From a virus (taxonomy: Duplodnaviria > Caudoviricetes): a stretch of DNA of 59,800 nt. The notes below the pieces were generated by a model, which saw nothing but the letters and a program-made list of their open reading frames with translations, searched no databases and had not been told where the DNA came from. Of the stretch, positions 8,918-16,303 are shown in pieces (the first letter of the stretch is position 1; the number at the start of each line of letters is the position of its first letter). Location of the stretch: the IMG/VR virus record IMGVR_UViG_3300044731_000564, positions 1-59,800 of that record. One strand, given 5' to 3'. The translations under genes and the position numbers were made by a program.

Positions 8918-10135
8918 GTGAAATTACATAAAAATTGCAGAGCGTGTGGTAGCACCTCTCTTATCGAGTACCTAAATTTAGGCGAACTTCCATTGGCAAA
9001 TAATTTAGGTAAGACAAAAGAGGAATCGAAAGAATTTGAGAAGTACCCACTTGCAGTTATGTTTTGTGATGATTGTGGACTATCGCAATTATCAGTAGTT
9101 ATAGACCCTAAAGTAATGTTTTCGTACTACCCTTATCGTTCAGCAGTTAATATGGGTTATGTAAACCATTGTACTGAAATGGCTAAAAGTTTACAACACA
9201 AGTATGGGTTTGATGACAAAATATTTCATATCGACATAGCAGGGAACGATGGCACACTTTTAAAGCAATTTAAGAAAGTATTAAACCATAGAGTTTTAAA
9301 TGTTGACCCTGCCGAAAACTTAGTAGAGATTTCAAGGAAAGATGGAATAGCAGCAGTACCTTCATTTTGGAATAGTCAGTTGTCGGGCTACTTAAAGGGA
9401 AGCATGGGGTCAACAGATTTAATTACTGCAACTAATGTATTCGCTCACGTTGATGATATAAAAGATTTCATTCGTGCTTGTAGAATAAATTTAAAGACAA
9501 ATGGGATATTGGTAATTGAGTGTCCTTACATTGTTGATTTCATAGAAAGGTTTGAGTTTGATACAATTTACCACGAACATTTAAGTTACATAAACATAAT
9601 ATCAGTATCAAGACTATGCTCTATCATGGACATGAAGATAATATCAGTAGAGAAGCAAGACATACATGGTGGCACAGTACGAATAACAATAACAAACGAA
9701 GAATCAACAAGACCAATAGAAGAGAGCGTTCATGTATTTATAAACAAAGAAATAGAGTTGGGATATAACGAAGTAGATAAATATATTCAATGGGGTATCG
9801 ACGTTAAAAAGATTATAGACAAGTTCTCTAAGCGAATTAACGAATTAAAGGATAGCGGTAAAAGTATTTCAGCTTTCGCTGCAAGTGCAAAGGGAAACAC
9901 ACTACTAAATAGCGCACACATAGACGATAATCATATCGACTATGTAGTTGACCAAACACCCGAAAAGTTAGGACACTATTATTCAGGCACAGGAATAGAA
10001 ATAGTCGATATAAAAACAATAGAAGAAAGACCAACCGACTATCTATTAATTCTTTCTTGGAACTTTAAAAAGGAAATAATAGAGAAGCTAAAACCGATAT
10101 ATAATGGCGAATTTATAACATACATAGATTGCTAA
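8918..10135 (+). CDS. NDP-hexose C-methyltransferase-family protein (Zn-binding + SAM MTase + C-terminal domain)
   Basis: CRACGS...LGELPLAN...CDDCGLSQL; DIAGNDG; TNVFAHV; FDTIYHEH; HGGT; AASAKGNTLLN; LILSWNF. Confidence 0.92.
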   Translation: MKLHKNCRACGSTSLIEYLNLGELPLANNLGKTKEESKEFEKYPLAVMFCDDCGLSQLSVVIDPKVMFSYYPYRSAVNMGYVNHCTEMAKSLQHKYGFDDKIFHIDIAGNDGTLLKQFKKVLNHRVLNVDPAENLVEISRKDGIAAVPSFWNSQLSGYLKGSMGSTDLITATNVFAHVDDIKDFIRACRINLKTNGILVIECPYIVDFIERFEFDTIYHEHLSYINIISVSRLCSIMDMKIISVEKQDIHGGTVRITITNEESTRPIEESVHVFINKEIELGYNEVDKYIQWGIDVKKIIDKFSKRINELKDSGKSISAFAASAKGNTLLNSAHIDDNHIDYVVDQTPEKLGHYYSGTGIEIVDIKTIEERPTDYLLILSWNFKKEIIEKLKPIYNGEFITYIDC

Positions 10136-10198
10136 TCGGATAATTATATTATTTCATCGAATAGGTTAAAATATATATGTAATCAATATTAATATTGC
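10135..10198 (+). promoter_or_regulatory. conserved composite promoter, copy 2
   Basis: ATCGGATAATTA-N8-CATCGAATA-N25-TTAATATTGC, same architecture as 651-714. Confidence 0.65.
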
Positions 10199-10203
10199 AT
10201 ACG

Positions 10204-10419
10204 ATGTTAATACTTAGAAATATGAAAGTTGGAGAGGAGTACGTTTGTAACGAATCAGACTTTCCAAGAAAGGGGAATGGAAACTTCTCTATTAAAAAAC
10301 AAATGCGAAAGTACGGACTAAGAGCATCTGACTTTGTGTTTATTGATATTAAAAAAGAAAACGTACACGAGAACGATTCTTATATTATTAAGAGAGTTTC
10401 TGATTCAACTAAAAAATAA
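10204..10419 (+). CDS. hypothetical protein (possible small DNA-binding protein)
   Basis: In-frame ATG just after the promoter motif. Confidence 0.6.
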   Translation: MLILRNMKVGEEYVCNESDFPRKGNGNFSIKKQMRKYGLRASDFVFIDIKKENVHENDSYIIKRVSDSTKK

Positions 10420-10422
10420 CTT

Positions 10423-10719
10423 ATGAAAGATAATTCACAACTTGCTTCAATAGAAAGAATAACAAGGCTTAATAATCTTAGAAGTTTATTCTATAACGCT
10501 AATCCTAAAAACAGAACAGATAAAGTTGAATCTATAAAACAAATGGTAGAGTACGGTCAGCCACTACTATATATAACAGATAATGATGGTTGTGGTAGTT
10601 CATCAATGATGAATTTAGGAATGGGTACTTGTTCTACTTGTTTAAATATAATGAGTATAGATGATAGCCATTGTAAGAGATGTGGCGAAGAAAAATTTAT
10701 AATTAATAAACCTAAATAA
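10423..10719 (+). CDS. hypothetical protein with C-terminal zinc ribbon
   Basis: CSTC...CKRC. Confidence 0.7.
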   Translation: MKDNSQLASIERITRLNNLRSLFYNANPKNRTDKVESIKQMVEYGQPLLYITDNDGCGSSSMMNLGMGTCSTCLNIMSIDDSHCKRCGEEKFIINKPK

Positions 10720-10720
10720 G

Positions 10721-11050
10721 ATGAATCCAAGTAAAGAAATAGAAACACTACATAGTATAGTATTAGAACTATTAAAAAAAGATGATAGGTATAAAGATTC
10801 AGATGATATTTTATTTGCTAAAATAGTTTCTATTCACTATGGAGGAATTGAAAAAACAAAAGCAATAACACTATACGATTATTTAATTGACACATTAGAT
10901 GACAAGAAACAAGTCCCATCTTACGATTCAGTTACAAGGGCAAGAAGAAAGGTTCAAGAGCATCACGAAGAAACAAGGGGAAAAAATTGGTTTCTAAGAA
11001 AAAAAATGCAAGACGAAGTAAAACAAATAATAATAGATTTATCTAACTAA
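10721..11050 (+). CDS. hypothetical phage protein
   Basis: DSD...PSYDSVTRARRKVQE motif recurrent in phage proteins. Confidence 0.75.
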   Translation: MNPSKEIETLHSIVLELLKKDDRYKDSDDILFAKIVSIHYGGIEKTKAITLYDYLIDTLDDKKQVPSYDSVTRARRKVQEHHEETRGKNWFLRKKMQDEVKQIIIDLSN

Positions 11051-11062
11051 AACAAAAAAACA

Positions 11063-11587
11063 ATGTTCACATCATTTACATCAAAAGACAGAGAGGAACT
11101 AACTAACCTATCTCAATCAGTATCAAACATTAAATTAGATATAAAGAAGATAATTACTTCTTTAGAATCAGAAGATAGCCAATCAAATGTAAAGACAACT
11201 CTAAATAGAATATTAGAGCAAGTTCAACAACCAACAAGTAGCTTTGATTTAGATAGAATTTTAGATAGAGTATCTTCTATTTTAAGCAAGGTTGATATTA
11301 TGTATAATAAAGAAAATGTAGCAACAGATGAAAGTGTTCTATCTGAAATTAAAAAAGCAGTTGACACACTTCTTTACAACAAAGAAATAGAAGTATTTAA
11401 TAAATCTCCAAAGGCTTTATACAAACCAAAGGAACAAGTAGGTAACTTTATAGTTCTATCTTCAAAACCAAAGCAGTTAGATGGACAACTAATTAAGTAC
11501 ACACATGAGTACTTAGTGTTCGATAATGAAACACAAGAAAATAGATTTATATTAGAACCTGTATTAACTCAATTCTCAAAAAAGTAA
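11063..11587 (+). CDS. hypothetical coiled-coil protein
   Basis: ORF with heptad-like N-terminus. Confidence 0.7.
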   Translation: MFTSFTSKDREELTNLSQSVSNIKLDIKKIITSLESEDSQSNVKTTLNRILEQVQQPTSSFDLDRILDRVSSILSKVDIMYNKENVATDESVLSEIKKAVDTLLYNKEIEVFNKSPKALYKPKEQVGNFIVLSSKPKQLDGQLIKYTHEYLVFDNETQENRFILEPVLTQFSKK

Positions 11588-11590
11588 ACT

Positions 11591-11827
11591 ATGATGCGAT
11601 TATTAGGATATGTTTCGGTGACCAAAATAAACTATGAATACAACAACGCTCACCAAGAGTATGCTAAGAATATAAATAGCATAAGACTACAAGCATACGA
11701 TAAGTTAGGTGATTCAACTATTGATGCAAATGATTTTAAAGCTAAACTTGTAGAACAAGAGAGGGAAGAAATTAAAAAGTTAGAACAGATAGAAGATTTT
11801 TATATGTCAATTTTAGATAAAAAATAA
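11591..11827 (+). CDS. hypothetical protein
   Basis: ORF in operon. Confidence 0.65.
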   Translation: MMRLLGYVSVTKINYEYNNAHQEYAKNINSIRLQAYDKLGDSTIDANDFKAKLVEQEREEIKKLEQIEDFYMSILDKK

Positions 11828-11832
11828 ATCCT

Positions 11833-12558
11833 ATGACACAAGAACAAGCATATCAAATAGTATCAAAGTATTTAAAATATGGGGATACACTAACAGATAG
11901 AGAGATTAAACTTATTCTAAGAGGCAATCCACCTGATACTTTTTTAAAAAGTGAAACAAACTTTAATGGTATAGACTTCTATTATATTCCTATTTCAATA
12001 TCAGAGGTGGTTTGCGATATTATGTTTCCTAATCATTATTTTGAAATTGGAACAACAAGTGTGTTAAATGTCGATGGCACTTTAGTATCAACTGTTAATA
12101 TGACTTTATTTACAAATAGTGATGACTTTTCAATACCTAAGTATGTTGGTTCGGCATCGGTTGTTACCGATAGTAGAAACATTGAAAATATAGAGTTAGA
12201 CTATCCAAGATGTTACTCAATGGCTAAGATGAACTGCTACAAGCAGATGGGTAACTACTTAGGTAGAAGTTTAAACAGATTAAATACTGAATCAGAAAAA
12301 AAAAGTAATGAACTATTTTCATCTATAACAAAAGAGGATATTGAATTTGAAACAATGAGAAAGGGATTGTTAGAAATAGATGATTATAAATTAGCAAAAC
12401 AAATACTCGAAGAAAGTCCATATAAATTTGAAGCAAGACTAAACAAATTAGTAGATGATAAACAGAAGCAAGAAAGAGGAAATAAAAAAATTGAAAAGGA
12501 AGCTATCAAAGTTAAAGGTAAAATACCTCACGTACATAGAAGCGTTAAGCAAGTATAA
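11833..12558 (+). CDS. putative ssDNA-annealing protein (Rad52/Sak-like)
   Basis: YIPI...beta-strands...SMAKMNCYKQMGNYLGRSLNR resembles the Rad52-like core; lies next to YqaJ exonuclease. Confidence 0.6.
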   Translation: MTQEQAYQIVSKYLKYGDTLTDREIKLILRGNPPDTFLKSETNFNGIDFYYIPISISEVVCDIMFPNHYFEIGTTSVLNVDGTLVSTVNMTLFTNSDDFSIPKYVGSASVVTDSRNIENIELDYPRCYSMAKMNCYKQMGNYLGRSLNRLNTESEKKSNELFSSITKEDIEFETMRKGLLEIDDYKLAKQILEESPYKFEARLNKLVDDKQKQERGNKKIEKEAIKVKGKIPHVHRSVKQV

Positions 12559-12760
12559 GTATTCGGCAGGTACATTAGCTGCAAGGCTTATAGACTACAA
12601 CATGACCAATGAACAAGTAGAAGAAATAATTAATTACCTCAAAGCAACAATACAAAAATATGGACACAGAATACGACCTAAAAGAAGAACAACAAGGGGT
12701 GGAACAATTTTTAAATATAACAAGGTGGCACGAACAAAGGTGGGGAAAGTTCACAAGTAG
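12455..12760 (+). CDS. hypothetical basic protein overlapping both neighbours
   Basis: Only ORF covering 12559-12659; overlaps about 100 bp on each side. Confidence 0.4.
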   Translation: MINRSKKEEIKKLKRKLSKLKVKYLTYIEALSKYKYSAGTLAARLIDYNMTNEQVEEIINYLKATIQKYGHRIRPKRRTTRGGTIFKYNKVARTKVGKVHK

Positions 12761-13400
12761 CGAGAATCATAAGCTAATGGGTAGTGGAAGAAAGAAAGAT
12801 GACTTGTTCGGTGTGGCGGCAATGACTTATATAAATAAAAAAGCAAGTGAGATAGGGCTTAACTTTTACGAGCAACCCGAACTTGAAGAAGTTAAGTCAT
12901 TGCTTCATGGCAAGTACTACGAGGAACAAGCGTTTGAAAGATTTGTTTTAGAAACAAAGATTAATAACTTAGCCTTGTGTGGTAGCGAAAATCCGATATT
13001 CATACCAAATCAAAAGTATATCGAATATGCAGGTGGAAGTCCTGATGCAGTTTCTATTGATGACGAAGGTGGGCTTCCAAAAGTGATTGTAGAAATTAAG
13101 AACCCAAAGAACCCATCTATACACTACGAAAGATTATTTTGGAAAACAGCACAAGACGTAGAAGATAATAATATTCAAGCGTACACTCAAATACAAGACT
13201 TAATGTGGATATGTGGTTCAGAGATTGGATACTTTGTTTCGCATGATTCAAGAAGAAAGAAGAAAAGCGAACAGATAAAAATAATAGAGATTAAGCCCAA
13301 TAAAATATTTGTTGAAGACCTTGAACACAGACTATCAAAGGCAATAGAAATTATAGAACTAAAACACAAGATACTTTCAGATGAGCAAAAGCAAAACTAA
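12660..13400 (+). CDS. YqaJ/lambda-exonuclease family recombination nuclease
   Basis: WHEQRWGKFTSSE, HGKYYE, GGSPDA, VEIKNP, YTQIQ motifs. Confidence 0.9.
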   Translation: MDTEYDLKEEQQGVEQFLNITRWHEQRWGKFTSSENHKLMGSGRKKDDLFGVAAMTYINKKASEIGLNFYEQPELEEVKSLLHGKYYEEQAFERFVLETKINNLALCGSENPIFIPNQKYIEYAGGSPDAVSIDDEGGLPKVIVEIKNPKNPSIHYERLFWKTAQDVEDNNIQAYTQIQDLMWICGSEIGYFVSHDSRRKKKSEQIKIIEIKPNKIFVEDLEHRLSKAIEIIELKHKILSDEQKQN

Positions 13401-13668
13401 AATATTAGAGTTTCTAATTACAGAACACGAAGATTTTGGAAACATATCCGTAAGATTTTCGGTTATTAAAAAACAAGAAGTAATGGAACTACCTAATGGA
13501 TTAGGTCAAGAAAATTACCACGAATATTACTTTGGAGATTTGATGGCAGTAGTTGATTTAGATACAAAGAAAAATAGACTACAAGAAGTATTAGATGACC
13601 CTATTAAAATGCACTTAGTACAATCTATTGCCGAAAAACAAATGGTTGATTTATTTGAAATGGAATAA
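13381..13668 (+). CDS. hypothetical protein
   Basis: ORF whose TAA stop is part of the first TAAC core of the cassette array. Confidence 0.65.
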   Translation: MSKSKTKILEFLITEHEDFGNISVRFSVIKKQEVMELPNGLGQENYHEYYFGDLMAVVDLDTKKNRLQEVLDDPIKMHLVQSIAEKQMVDLFEME

Positions 13669-13699
13669 CATCTGTTATAAGCAGCTTTAATTTTAAAAT

Positions 13700-13903
13700 A
13701 TGGAAACAATATATTTTCAACCAAAAGGAATAAGACCACAATATTGTGAAGCAGGTATGATACACGAAAGCGACCCCGAACATATTTGGTATTTAGATGA
13801 ACCTTGCAAAATTTTAATTAGTGAGGTCAAAATAATAGCAAAAGAGAATGTTACTTATGACAAAAAAAGTAGGTCGTATCTCGTTCAGCAAAGTTGCTTA
13901 TAA
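13700..13903 (+). CDS. hypothetical protein (cassette 1)
   Basis: Flanked by GTTATAAGCAGCTTT / AAAGTTGCTTATAAC; stop lies in the TAAC core. Confidence 0.75.
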   Translation: METIYFQPKGIRPQYCEAGMIHESDPEHIWYLDEPCKILISEVKIIAKENVTYDKKSRSYLVQQSCL

Positions 13904-13945
13904 CGGTTCGCAGGTTCACTTAGTTGCGATTTAAAAACGAAAATT

Positions 13946-14131
13946 ATGATAACAGAAAAAGATTATTTAGAAGCAAAAAATATTGTTTATACCTATGAAA
14001 GTAAGCAATTGAATAAACCTGTTGTTATAAGACAGGTATGCACTATCGGAGGCGAATGTAAGGTTAGAGGTGAAAATAATGAATGTAAGGGAACTGCTTA
14101 TTGTGGGTATAAAAAGCATACTTTCTTATAA
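13946..14131 (+). CDS. small Cys-rich protein spanning a cassette junction
   Basis: Starts in the loop of one attC-like site, reads through the GTT core at 14024, stops in the next TAAC core; 4 Cys in the C-half. Confidence 0.65.
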   Translation: MITEKDYLEAKNIVYTYESKQLNKPVVIRQVCTIGGECKVRGENNECKGTAYCGYKKHTFL

Positions 14132-14180
14132 CGGACGAGGCTAAACGGTCGTTTTAATGCCGTTTTAGCCTGTGTTAGCA
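14126..14180 (+). repeat. compact attC-like hairpin
   Basis: TTATAAC-GGACG-AGGCTAAACGG-loop-CCGTTTTAGCCT-GT-GTTAGCA; one unpaired base in the stem. Confidence 0.75.
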
Positions 14181-14285
14181 GTAGTACGGTAATTAACCAC
14201 AAATGCTCATTCGGAGAACTGAACCTTTTTCTTTTCTTTTTTTTGAGCGATGGCAAAAATAATTTTGAAAAAATTAAATAGATTT

Positions 14286-15059
14286 ATGAAGTATATGGGA
14301 AGTAAGGCACGATTTGCCAAAGAAATATTACCAATAACATTGCAAGGCAGAAAGCCAAACCAATATTATGTAGAGCCATTTGTAGGTGGTTGCAATATTA
14401 TGGATAAAGTGAAAGGCAATAGAATTGGTGCTGATAGCAATAAATACCTAATTGCATTATGGAAAGGATTACAAGATGGTAGAGAATTGATAATGGAAAT
14501 ATCAAAAGAACTTTATAGTCAGGCAAGAAACGAATATAATAACCGAACAAATATAAAGTTTGATGATTTTGAACTTGGTTGGATTGGCTTTATGGGTGGA
14601 TTTAATGGTAGATTTTATGGTGGTGGATATAGTGGAACACACGGAAGTAGAAACTATGTTGCTGAACAAATAAGAAACACCTTAAAGCAAAGAGAACTGA
14701 TAAAAGATGTTGATTTTTACAACTGCAATTATTCTGAATTAGAAATACCAAATGAAAGTATTATCTATTGTGATATTCCGTATCAAGGTACAAAAGAATA
14801 TGATACAAAGGATAAGTTTAATCACACTTTATTTTGGGATTGGTGCAGAAAAAAGAGTGCTGAAGGACACGAAGTTTATGTAAGCGAATATAATGCACCT
14901 TATGACTTTGAGTGTATTTGGGAAAAGAAAATAAATGTATCAATTAGCCCAAATAAGACTTTACAGCAAACTGAAAAACTCTTTGTTTTAAAAAGCGAAG
15001 GGAAAAAAAGAAAAGAAAAAGATTTAACGCAGAAAACTCTATTCGGAGATGGAATGTAG
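14286..15059 (+). CDS. Dam-family (D12 class) DNA adenine methyltransferase
   Basis: MKYMGSK, YVEPFVGG (motif I), IYCDIPY (motif IV variant), VYVSEY, TEKLF; start placed at the in-frame ATG 14286. Confidence 0.9.
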   Translation: MKYMGSKARFAKEILPITLQGRKPNQYYVEPFVGGCNIMDKVKGNRIGADSNKYLIALWKGLQDGRELIMEISKELYSQARNEYNNRTNIKFDDFELGWIGFMGGFNGRFYGGGYSGTHGSRNYVAEQIRNTLKQRELIKDVDFYNCNYSELEIPNESIIYCDIPYQGTKEYDTKDKFNHTLFWDWCRKKSAEGHEVYVSEYNAPYDFECIWEKKINVSISPNKTLQQTEKLFVLKSEGKKRKEKDLTQKTLFGDGM

Positions 15060-15121
15060 TATTACTGCTAACTACCGAGTTTGCGCATACAATTTAGTGT
15101 AACTAATTAATAATCAAAACA

Positions 15122-15361
15122 ATGAATAATAAATTAAACGACATTCAAAACGATATTTGTACAGTTATACAAAATGGTGTACATAATAGTGAAATAGTAA
15201 AAACCATTGAAATAACAGGCAACTATTTGAACGCTCAAACAATAAGTAATTGGGCTAAAGAAAAAGGTATTGATTACACAAATGCTAAATACAGAATCAA
15301 AAGAGATAACTTAGAAACATTTGAATTATGGGGAGTTAAATTTGTAATAGACAACGACTAA
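15122..15361 (+). CDS. hypothetical protein (possible HTH)
   Basis: TISNWAKEKGIDYTNAKYRI resembles a helix-turn-helix. Confidence 0.65.
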   Translation: MNNKLNDIQNDICTVIQNGVHNSEIVKTIEITGNYLNAQTISNWAKEKGIDYTNAKYRIKRDNLETFELWGVKFVIDND

Positions 15362-15370
15362 AAAAATATT

Positions 15371-15661
15371 ATGTCAATATATAAATCAACAAAAAACATA
15401 TTACAGAAGTTAGGTAAACACGCTCCTAATGAGGTAATAATACTTCATGTTTTAAGAGATACTAAGGAGTGGTTCACAAGAGATTATCTAATAGACTATG
15501 TAAATAATCATAAAGGTAAAACATCAACGGGAACTGCAATATCATGTGCCTTAACAAATCTTCTATATGAAAAAAAGATTATACGCTCAAAGAACACTAA
15601 GACTTATAGAGGTGGTAGGGGAAACGCAATATATAAATACAAAATAAATGAGCAACCTTAA
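15371..15661 (+). CDS. putative winged-helix DNA-binding protein
   Basis: Helix pattern plus AISCALTNL and a terminal beta-hairpin with YK. Confidence 0.55.
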   Translation: MSIYKSTKNILQKLGKHAPNEVIILHVLRDTKEWFTRDYLIDYVNNHKGKTSTGTAISCALTNLLYEKKIIRSKNTKTYRGGRGNAIYKYKINEQP

Positions 15662-15866
15662 AACACCACTAAGCGCAAAGGATATAGCAAAGTCTAACTT
15701 TAAACAGTTTGAACTATTACCTAAACACTATCAAGAGGATATTACTAAAAGTATCAACCTTGCAAGGAAAGATATATTGTTAGATGTATTAGACTTAATT
15801 AAAAAAGATACAGAGCCTATACAATTAAGAGTTATATTGTGGGATATAATGGATGCTATAAAATGA
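15648..15866 (+). CDS. hypothetical protein
   Basis: ORF coupled to neighbours. Confidence 0.6.
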   Translation: MSNLKTPLSAKDIAKSNFKQFELLPKHYQEDITKSINLARKDILLDVLDLIKKDTEPIQLRVILWDIMDAIK

Positions 15867-16288
15867 GAGAGTTCAGACCCGACCCGAAGCCAATAAAAAA
15901 AGAGAAAGTAACCGATAAGAATTATTGGAGCAAGATAAGACTTAAAAGTGCCAAGAAGAAAGGTATCGCAAAACAAGATACTAATACATTAGACGAAATA
16001 TTCTACAACGAAATTTGGCAATCAAAACCACATATCTGCATAGAGTGTAGAAAGGAATTAACTGTTTCATGTGAAACTGACGATAGCGATTTTACCTTTC
16101 AGATTAGATTCTATATGCACCATATTTTGTGTAAACGAAAATATAGTCAATTTAGGCATGATGAAAGAAATATAGCTATGCTATGTTATACTTGTCATGG
16201 AAAAGCAGAATCAGCAATATCATACCCCAAAATGAATTGCTATAATCAGTTAGAAGATATTAAAAAACAATTGCTTAACTTTGCTTAG
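15863..16288 (+). CDS. HNH endonuclease (Zn-finger type)
   Basis: CIEC...HHIL...N...LCYTCH; start placed at the ATGA overlap. Confidence 0.85.
   Translation: MREFRPDPKPIKKEKVTDKNYWSKIRLKSAKKKGIAKQDTNTLDEIFYNEIWQSKPHICIECRKELTVSCETDDSDFTFQIRFYMHHILCKRKYSQFRHDERNIAMLCYTCHGKAESAISYPKMNCYNQLEDIKKQLLNFA
16276..16283 (+). promoter_or_regulatory. -7 promoter element (TAACTTTG)
   Basis: TAnnTTTG 20 nt upstream of the tail-fibre gene. Confidence 0.45.
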
Positions 16289-16303
16289 TAAAATACTATT
16301 TTA

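Larger units (their letters stand above)
13665..15072 (+). mobile_element. integron-like (attC-like) cassette array, no integrase in window
   Basis: Alternating TAAC / GTTA cores at 13665, 13674, 13900, 14024, 14128, 14174 and 15068, joined by inverted repeats; see findings. Confidence 0.7.

Noticed and set aside
14250-14285. N-terminal extension of the methyltransferase
   Set aside because: The family motif begins at MKYMGSK (14286); the upstream ATG lies next to the cassette arm
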